A stretch of DNA of 63,169 nucleotides, filler included, from Reticulomyxa filosa (Eukaryota > Protista > Foraminifera): assembly GCA_000512085.1 (NCBI GenBank). It is 24 parts of 24 records of this genome, joined end to end, with 100 filler letters (N's around TTAATTAATTAA, not from the genome) between each part and the next. Parts side by side here need not be neighbours in the genome. Positions count along the whole stretch, not along the records: positions 60,377 to 63,169 come from ASPP01018787.1; 23 more parts are not named here. One strand, 5' to 3'. Shown in pieces: positions 61,700-63,169 of this stretch (its first letter is position 1; every line of letters begins with the position of its first letter). Below the pieces are notes generated by a model. That model was not told where the DNA came from and did not search any database. It saw only the letters and a program-made list of their open reading frames with translations. The position numbers and the translations under genes were made by a program.

Positions 61700-63135
61700 C
61701 AAGCAATGCCTTGTTTTTTTACAATTATTTCCTTTAATACTGTATTTTTTTCTTCTTCTCCTCACCGTATTCAGCAATGATCTTAATGTCCATGCATTAG
61801 TTTGAGAGTCATAGGCCTCTTCGTCTTTGCTGGTGACATGCAAATGAAAAGGGGAAAAAAAAAAAACAAAACAAAATTACAGAACAAACTCATTGATGTA
61901 GTTGTCCCGAAATCCTTCGATTTTGTCGTCGAGTGTGAATTTATTCGGTCTTGGATTGAGTGCATGTCTCAATAAGATACGCAAATATTTATCCAAGTTT
62001 TTGGGATGATATCTTTCGTCAGCGATTTGACGGGGATAGTCTTGAATTTTTTTTTTTTGTGATACACATCAGTGATGCCACGAAACACACCAATCAGAGC
62101 GCCGACGATGGGGCAATCTCCTTTGGGATCCCTCCCAATTTTGATGGTGTGATCAATGGCTATCTCGAAAGAACTGGCTCTGTATAAATGGAAGATAGCA
62201 TTTTGAAAGGGGACTTTGATGTGAGAAGGAGAGTCTGTAATATCAAGTTTGGGGCGGGCATATAAGCCAGTGAAAAGATAGTCAGTTTCTAAAAAGGATG
62301 AATACATGGACTCAGTGTTATTCTGTTCGAAATTGGCTGTGAAAATAGCGATTTGAATCCAAGAGACGACCATCTCGATACTGAGGATCTGCATGCTCCG
62401 AAAATCTTTCGGCATGGACGTGTTATGTTCTAGCCCCGTCTTTCGTTTTGCAAAAAGGTGTGCGCAAATGTAATGGCCAGTCTGTGTCGATCATTTTTCA
62501 TAGAATGACGAATCAAGTATTGTACAATCAGTCCGTACGCCGTCACGGTATAAAACACGACATAATTATATTGGATCAAAGAACATTGTAAGCGAATTAA
62601 GTTGAACAATTGATCGGGTTCCAATCGAATTCCATACACTATTAATGGTAGACATTAAATCAAGCAAGCTTTGTTAGGGTCATCATTATTATTAGACGAG
62701 CGAGCGATACTTTGCGCGTGTTCAAAAGCAGTTCGTCGCATTTCCGATATTGTGGGGGTCTTGTTCTGGTCTTGTGTTTTCTTCTGTTGTTGACCGAGCT
62801 CAAAGGCAACAAAGGTCATCGTTACATGATTATTGCTATTGTTGTTCAGATTGCTTCCAATCATATCGACAAGCGCTTTAATCACGCAAATCATCGACTC
62901 CATCTCCCGACTTAGTTTGCCCGAGCAGCTATTGGTCGCCAAATTTCTGGAGCTTTCGTAGTCGCACGCAATGGCGTTGGCGACTATTGCGCCGTTGTTG
63001 AAGGCCTTTACCAGTCGAAGTGTCGTTCGCTTGCTGTTGCCCGAGTAGTTATGAAAATTGAAGTAGAAAGGGTTTACATATTCGTTTATAGTCCAGGCGT
63101 CCTCTTTTCTCATCCACAGCAAAACAAACGAATTT
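61700..63135 (-). CDS. ADP-ribosylglycohydrolase (ARH/DraG)-fold protein lacking catalytic acidic motifs
   Basis: GAIVANAIA, GKLSREME, IKVPFQNAIFHL..SFEIAIDHTIKIGRDPKGDCPIVGALIG; frame breaks at homopolymers. Confidence 0.7.
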
Positions 63136-63169
63136 GAGGAGAGAAAAAAAAAAAAAAGGAGGGAAGGAA

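Overview
This is not one locus. It is 24 short eukaryotic contigs joined by 23 artificial 100-nt spacers (N44-TTAATTAATTAA-N44), so synteny across spacers is meaningless and ORFs ending in X or 'LIN' are artefacts. The DNA is AT-rich with short spliceosomal introns, poly-Asn/poly-Lys low complexity and many pseudogenes. Its WD40, kelch-like and RING families resemble those I associate with the foraminiferan Reticulomyxa filosa (inference, not searched). Recognisable genes: Vps15 kinase, cytochrome b5, two ankyrin proteins, histidine phosphatase, U-box protein, two TM-RGS proteins, SNRNP27, DHX33-like helicase, aldo-keto reductase, Ras-like GTPase, PIP5K N-terminus, an RRM-PX protein and an ADP-ribosylhydrolase-like protein. 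Also present are SERCA, POT-transporter, HEAT, RING, kelch and WD40 pseudogenes and four remnants of a LINE-type retroelement, one with RNase H. Best leads: (1) a ~300-nt GC-rich, densely base-paired non-coding island (3797-4101) with a telomere-template-like 9-mer inside a long-range helix and a T7 run at its end, a telomerase RNA candidate; (2) a ~33-aa exon-encoded motif at the N-terminus of a WD40 protein and the C-terminus of a kelch-like protein, with F-box-like helices also on Ras-like and SPRY-like proteins, suggesting a lineage-specific ubiquitin-ligase adaptor system; (3) 7TM-RGS receptors, an anchorless PTS1 cytochrome b5, an ARH pseudoenzyme and an RRM-PX fusion.
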